Below are positions 56,068 to 64,000 of a stretch of 64,000 nucleotides of DNA, in pieces. The notes below the pieces were generated by a model. That model saw only the letters and a list, made by a program, of their open reading frames with translations. It had not been told where the DNA came from and did not search any database. The stretch is from the NCBI GenBank assembly GCA_951406725.2, contig OX597825.1, positions 21,080,001-21,144,000 of the forward strand, read 5' to 3'. Position 1 is the first letter of the stretch. The number at the start of each line of letters is the position of its first letter. A program made the translations under genes and the position numbers. Origin of the DNA: Octopus vulgaris (lineage: Eukaryota).

Positions 56068-56541
56068 GTAAGTCCTCAACACCACCGTCTTCTTTTCAAA
56101 TTTTTGGGGTGATGTAATCTCCTACTCCACAAGTTTCTCTTTGTTCTTTGCCATGTTTGATTAAAGAAAAAGTCCAAAAACAGTTCATAAAATTCAAATA
56201 ATTAAGGAGAAAAAGTAAGAAAAAAAGTTCCAACAAAAAGGAAGAAGAAAAGATCTGGCGATGTTTATGTAGTGAGGTAAGAAGAATAACTTTTTTCAGG
56301 AATTGGAAGTAAACAGTCGCAGGTATACAGATTCTTATATCGTAGTCGTACAGAGTGGCACTTGACATCCACCTTGTAGTGGACTCACAATTCATTTCAT
56401 CAAAATACAAACATATACACACATGTACATAATGTCAAGTATATATGCACATCCATACTAATATTTATATACACGTATGCACAGAGAAAAATACATGCAT
56501 ACACACGTATATACATACGTATATACATGCATACGTATATA

Positions 56542-57817
56542 TTGGGCCATCCCATAAATAACGCGTTTTTTATGCTTCTTTTATTTTTCAAAATTAAGAT
56601 AAACAAAATTATTTTCTAAAATACATTTTCTACAATGATCCTCCATCTATCTGGTAGACTAGCAAGGCTCCTCTTCCAAAATTCACTTGTCCATGACGGA
56701 AAATATTCCTCAAGTACTGTTGTGACCTCGTCTACAGAATTCATATTTTTCCATCCAAATGATTTTGAAGATTGCGGAATGAATGATAATCAGATGGGAA
56801 AATATCCGGCGAATATGGTGGGTGGGGAATCGTTTCCCATTCAAACTGCTCCAGCCTTTGGAATGTCATCATTGCTGTATGTGACCAAGCATTAATCCTG
56901 ATGGAAGAACACGTTTCGTCTTGAAACCAAAGATGGTCGTTTTTCTTCAAGCGCTGACTTACGCCGCTCAAGCTGCTTGCAGTATATCTCCTTTGTTACC
57001 ATTTGGTTTGGGTTTAAAAGCTCAAAGTGTACTAGACCTTTCATATCCTACCAAACAGATAACAACACCTTACGTGGGTGAAGACCTTCTTCAGCCTGGG
57101 GTGCCGGTGTTTCTCCTTTTCCAAACCACTATCTTCGGCGCTTGACAGTTTTATAGAGAAGCCATTTCTCGTCACCAGTCACTATTCGATCCATCCCCAA
57201 AACAAAAAAAAAAGGTTCATTCGTGAGACGTGACAGCAAAGAAGAGCACACATTCACTCTCTGCGCGCGATTAGACTCGGAAAGTTTGTGAGGAACCCAT
57301 TGACCTAATTTACTGACTTTTCTGATGGCACGCAGGTGTCGATGAATGGTTGAATGACCAAAGGCATGCTTCTCTGCTAGTTCCTCAACAGGTACGATGG
57401 AATTTTCTCTCATCAGGATTTTCCGGACTTTCTCTTCGAGCTCTACAGATCTTCCAGGACGAGGATCATCTTCGAAGCTGTAGTTTCCGGCTCGGAATTT
57501 CTGGAACCACCGTTGACACTGGCTTACACTTACTGTCCTATTTCCATATATTGCATTAATATTCCTAGCACTTTTCCATTGCGTTGTTTCCTTTAATGAA
57601 CTCATAAAACAAACTATACCGAATATGACTCTTTCTCACTTCGATTATAGCTTTGAAAAAATAACTGTTAAAATCGAACTCCATTCTACTAAAAATAAGT
57701 ACAAGGTAAAATTACTACCTGCTTTTATAGCAAGTTGATGCAGGTAGTTTATCCCATAACCCTCCGAGTTTTAGTTCATGCAATTGAAAAAACTGCATTA
57801 TTTATGAGATGACCCAA
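56542..57817 (-). mobile_element. Near full-length, frameshifted mariner transposon
   Basis: TIRs ttgggccatcccataaataa / ttatttatgagatgacccaa with TA flanks; WVPHKL, TGDEKW and HPPYSPDIFPSDY motifs. Confidence 0.92.
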
Positions 57818-59519
57818 TATATAAGTACATATTTATACATATTGCATACGACATAAGGCATATCAGTACATAATGCATAAACTATTTCTAACTATAGATT
57901 ATAAATAATCAGATATAAATAAAAAAAAAATAAATATCAATATAAATGCACGCATTAATCTTACTAAAACATTGATACAAATTAGTATTATTAGTTTATA
58001 AGTATAAAGTATACATCGAAGTATATACCCTTAAGGTATACATCGAGAAATGTGGAATTTTTACTGATACAGCAATATGATAAAAATATAATATACGAGT
58101 CAAACGCCCCCCGTTCAATGGACGGTGCTGAGTTGCCAAACATTTAAACCAAATTTTCTCAAAACAACTTGTCCGACCGTCCCATAGGGCTCCCCTTTGA
58201 GAAACACTGATTTAACCTAAATTCGAAACACCAGCAAAAGAAGAAATAAAGATAGACTTTTTTTCTATTCCAAAGAAAAACGATTTTATTCACACAAATA
58301 TGCAACCGAAGAGTTTAAAGTACCAGTAATGATAAGGCTGTTGACTGGGAGAACACAAACATGGTTTAAATAGTAAGCTTGGCAGGGAAGAAACGTGCTT
58401 TTAAGCAGTACAAAAACAACAAAAAATGGAAGGTGCAGTTATGTACCGGTTGACGGAAGAAAAGCAGGACAAAAACGGCTTTATCGATCGCATTCTCACC
58501 TGGAATCGATTTTGTAATTTTTTTCAAGACTTATACACGCCTTGATACCGTCGGTATCTACATATCAAATTGGAGCGCAATCGGATGGAGGATGTCCAAG
58601 ATCCTAGAAGACACACAGACAGACAGAACGGATTTTATATAATAGGTTTTTAAAAAAATTTATAAACATTTCAGAGAGGCGTGGCTGTGTGATAAGAAAC
58701 TTGCTTTCCAATCACATGGTCCTGGGTTCAGTTCCAATGTGTGGTATCTTAGGTAAGTGTCTTTTACTATAACCTCGGGCCGACCAAAGCCTCCTGAGTG
58801 AATTTGGTAGACGGAAACTGAAAGAAGCCTGTCGTATATATATATATATATGTATATGTCTATGAGTGTGAGATTTTGTGTCTGTGTTTGTGCTCTACCA
58901 CCATCGTTTGACAACCGGTGTTGGTGTGTTTACGACCCCGTAACTTAGCAGTTCATCAAAAGACTCTGATACAGTAAGTACAAGGCTTAAAAAAAAAAGT
59001 TCTGGGATCGATTAGTTCGACTGAAACCTCTCAAGGCGGTGCTCCAGCATGGCCACATTCAAATGACAAATACAAGTAAAGGAACAAAAAATATATAAGG
59101 CAATCTTTAAGATCGATGAGATGAAGAAATCGGGACAATATCGATTACATAGTGGCCGGTTCAGAACAAGCTTGTATTTATATTTTCAGTTAATACAGCT
59201 ATAAGATGAGAAGTAATTTGTGTGTAGGCTTAGCCGTGTGGTTACTTCGTTAACATGAACCCTTGTAGAATTTTTCCAGCCCTGACACCACTGGCGCTGT
59301 CTCACACACTTAAAAAATAAAAAGAGAAAGAAAGAATAAGGCAGCGAACTGGCAGAAACGTTAGCACCCCGGGAGAAATGCTTAGCGGTGTTTCGTCTGC
59401 CGCTCCGTTCTGTGTTCAAATTCCGCCAAGGTCGACTTTGCCTTTCATCCTTTCGGGGTCGATTAAATAAGTACCAGTTACGCACTGGGGTCGATATAAT
59501 AGACTTAATCCGTGTGTCT

Positions 59520-60085
<566 letters not shown>

Positions 60086-61428
60086 ATATTTTTTCTTACT
60101 CTTTTACTTGTTTCAGTCATTTGACTGCGGCCATGCTGGAGCACCGCCTTTAGTCGAGCAAATCGACCCCGGAACTTATTCTTTGTAAGCCCAGTACTTA
60201 TTGTATCGTTCTCTTTTGCCGAACCGCTAAGTGACGGGGACGTAAACACACCAGCATCGGTTGTCAAGCAATGCTAGGGGGACAAACACAGACACACAAA
60301 CACACACACACACACACATATATATACATATATACGACAGGCTTCTTTCAGTTTCCGTCTACCAAATCTACTCACAAGACTGAACCCGGAACCATGTGGT
60401 TGGTTAGCAAGTTTCTTACCACACAGCCACTCCTGCGCGTTCATGTATTTAATATACTTCATATATTTATTTATCTAACTTGCTTAATCCCTTAGCAGTT
60501 TTCGTCTACCGAGTTCACTGATTCATTTGCAGGAGTCATAGCAGAAAGGTACTTGCTGAATGGGAGCTGCACATAGGACTGAACCTGAGGCTACGTGGTT
60601 GCAAAACACACTTCACAGACACACAGCCACGTTTACACACGCAAGAATAAAACCCTTCTTGGAAGGGGACACATTACGTACATCTTTATGTATAAAAGTG
60701 AAGTTGTGTGTCTGTCTCCTACGATTTAGATTCCTAACTACTCCCACATTTTGCAGTGCAGTTTAACCAAAAGCGGGTATCTTATAGTCGTGATTCATAT
60801 CGAGCCCTTCTGGGTATTAGCGCGTGTCTACGATGAGTCTACGATTTAAAAAAAGAATTACCATCATTTTTTCCCATTTTCAATGCATTTTTTTTGCTAT
60901 TATATAAGGGAAGTAACTCTCTAAAAATGTCTACGATGAGTCAACGATTTAAAAAAAAATTACCATCATTTTTTTTTCCATTTTTAATGCATTTTTTGGC
61001 TATAACTCTCTAAAAATGCTTATATAGTTATTTCCCTTACAAACCCGAGCAACGCCGGGCGATACTGCTAGTTTCAAATGAACCTCTAGAGAACCAGACG
61101 GCCGTGTCCAGACAGACCGCCACCGTTTTACGACATCGTAACTAACACAGAATCGCATTAACACAAAAACAATAACAATAAAAAACAACAACAACAACAG
61201 CAACAACAACGACCACTACAACAACTATAACAACAACAACAACAACAACAACAGTAACAACAACAACAGTTAACAAACAAAGTAACATCGCGATGTAAGA
61301 AAGAAGTCACGACCAAATATGAGTTGTCCATATATATCTATTTTATGAAACTCTGGACTCGATCGATCGATGCTATCTTTTTGCCTTTCGCCAGCCTCAC
61401 ACCCACGTTTGTCAATACATCAAATCTA

Positions 61429-61575
<147 letters not shown>

Positions 61576-61908
61576 AATGTATATATATATATGTATATAT
61601 GGTTATTAGTAAAGGCGTGTATAAATCAATCTTATGTAAACACACGAGAGTCAACAGGACAGAAACGATACAAAAATAAAACACAACAAAAGCATATGGG
61701 GAGAAATCGAATTCCTCCCCATTCCTCCTTACCTGACGCACGAAACACTTGACGTAGGTCTGATGTGTAGACACTCACACATACATATACACACATGCGC
61801 ACGCACAAATGCATGCATATAGATACATATGTTTGTATAATGTATGTGTGTGTATATATATATGTGTTTATATCTATCTCTCCATCTGTCTGTCTGTCTA
61901 TCTATCTG

Positions 61909-61981
<73 letters not shown>

Positions 61982-62115
61982 TTTTTCTTTTTCCCCTTTT
62001 ACGATCCCTTTTGATCGAAAACCTACGCCACTTTTTTTTTTCATCCCCCAAAAGAAAAGCTCTACCTTGTAATTTGTCCCATCTGTGTGCAACTCTGTAT
62101 GGTCAATAAAGAAAC

Positions 62116-62191
<76 letters not shown>

Positions 62192-62268
62192 TTATCCATC
62201 TATTTATCTAACGGTTAGATTCTAACTATCTGTCTATCCATCTATTTATCTATCTATCTATCTATCTG

Positions 62269-62329
<61 letters not shown>

Positions 62330-62422
62330 GTAGCTGTCTGTCTTTCTGCCTATCTATCCATCTAATTATCTATGAACGCAAACGCACGTATGTAAACTTA
62401 GATATACGTACATGTACATACT

Positions 62423-62457
<35 letters not shown>

Positions 62458-62496
62458 GCATACATGCATACATGTATACATATACACACATGTCTG

Positions 62497-62539
<43 letters not shown>

Positions 62540-62541
<2 letters not shown>

Positions 62542-64000
62542 CGGGAAGCTTTATGAAAATAGACAAAAGACGAAGGCAGGTGGAAAACAAACGAACAATT
62601 GTATTAGTATGGCGCTCAGGAAATATAAATAAAACAAGTCTTTAACGTTTCGAGCCTACGCTCTTCAACAGAAAGATACACAGAGAGAAAAAAACACAGA
62701 AAGAAGGAGAGAAAAAAATGCGTGCAGTAGCTAACGAATCAACATGGCGATCTGATTTCGGCCAGAGGTCAAAGATCAAACATGAGACGCGAGAGCGAAA
62801 TAAGGGGAGATAATAGGGTTGATAATAGGGTTGAAGGACCAGCTAATAGTGCGTAGGAGGGGTCTGGACGTGTGTATGTATAGGGTTGGTGTATGTATTA
62901 GTATGTATAAGGGTGTGTGTGTGTGTGTGTGTGTGTGTATGAGAGAGTATTAGTGCGTAGGATTGGTCTGGACGTGCGTATGTATGAGGTTGGTGTATGT
63001 ATTAGTATGTATTAGTATGTATTAGTACGTATTAGTATGTATAAGTGTGTGTGTGTGTGTATGAGAGAGTATAAGTGCGTATGAGGGGTCTGGACGTGTG
63101 TATGTATAGGGTTGGTGTATGTATTAGTATGTATTAGTATGTATTAGTACGTATTAGTATGTATTAGTTGGTGTATGTATTAGTATGGCACATCATATAT
63201 GATGTGATGTGTGAAGTCGTGTGGTGTAGTGAGGAGAAGAGGGGGAGGGGGAGAAGGGGGAAGAGGGGGGAGACGAGGGGGAGAGAAGGGGAGGGGGAGA
63301 AGAGGGGGAGGAGAGGGGGAAGATGAGAGGAGGGGGGAGAGAGAGGAGGGGGAGAAGGAAGGGGAGGAGGGGGAGGAAGGAGGAGGAAGGAGGAAAGAGG
63401 GAGAGGGGAGAGAGAAGGGGAGTGAGGGAGTGAGGGAGCAGAGGGAAGGGGAAGAGGGAAGGAGGGAGGGAGAAAGAGGGAAGAAGGGAAGGGGAGTAGG
63501 GGTGAAAGGATGAAGGACTGAAGAAGTAGGGGTCGGGGGGAAAGGATAGGTGAGGAGGGGGAGAGGGGGTTAGATGAGGAGGGGGAGAGTTGAGACCAAA
63601 TGGCGTATAAGAGCGAAGAGAGAAGATTAATTCCTGTTCACGGCGCAAACGGGAATCCGGGTGGCCTCTGTGTAAGGACAAACCGAACACAGATAGGTGT
63701 TGCAAGGAGTGACCGGTGGAGCGGAAATGGCGTGAGACCGGTGTGTCGTTCGCAAGGTGGATGTCACAAAGGTGTTCCGCGAACCGGTCAGCCAAGCGGC
63801 GTCCCGTTTGTCCGATGTACAAGGAATTGCAGAGAGAGCAAGAGATGCAATAGATAATATTGCTGGAGGTGCAGGTGAAGGAGTGGATGATGGGATAGGG
63901 TCGATGGTGGGTGCTAGTGAGGCGGGTGGTGTTGGAGAGGTAAGGGCAAGTGCGGCAACGTGGGCGGGAGCAGGGGAACGAGCCGGGTTGGGAGGTAGGG
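62540..64000 (-). mobile_element. 3' part of a Penelope-like retroelement (GIY-YIG endonuclease ~63590-64000, C-rich linker, terminal repeat)
   Basis: Frame open to window end: PCSRPRCRTC..FTCTSSNIIYCISC..CNSLYIGQTGRRLADRFAEH..REQELI..PFGLN. Confidence 0.9.
62639..62676 (-). ncRNA. Minimal hammerhead motif, CUGUUGA core variant, in the terminal repeat of a Penelope-like element
   Basis: tcttt-CTGTTGA-a-gagc[gtag]gctc-GAA-ACGT-T-aaaga; same strand as, and downstream of, the GIY-YIG ORF. Confidence 0.55.

Noticed and set aside
63193-63590. Pro/Ser/Leu-rich ORF extension and the opposite-strand Gly/Glu/Arg-rich ORF
   Set aside because: Low-complexity purine/pyrimidine tract downstream of the Penelope endonuclease; no evidence of a separate gene

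Overview
AT-rich, microsatellite-saturated eukaryotic DNA. The SINE families, microsatellite load and gene style suggest a coleoid cephalopod, probably Octopus (inference only). Little of the window codes for host protein: (1) a probable last coding exon of a + strand gene at ~1.1-1.3 kb; (2) a phase-consistent 4-exon minus-strand gene (36974->26542, ~290 aa) encoding signal peptide + PLAT/LH2 domain + Thr/Glu-rich stalk + Cys motif + C-terminal transmembrane helix; (3) the probable structured 5' end of another + strand gene at ~54.9-56.1 kb. The rest is tRNA-derived SINEs, decayed mariner, RTE, R4/Dong-like and Penelope-like elements, Helitron-type and piggyBac-type non-autonomous elements, and micro/minisatellites. 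The most notable signal is about a dozen hammerhead-ribozyme-like motifs, several with intact cores and stems. They often sit in both arms of fold-back elements, and in one family lie just downstream of a tRNA-like Pol III head. A SINE also repeatedly forms head-to-tail multimers through one identical hairpin junction. All calls were made by eye, without database searches or folding software. Most listed ORFs are translations of simple repeats.
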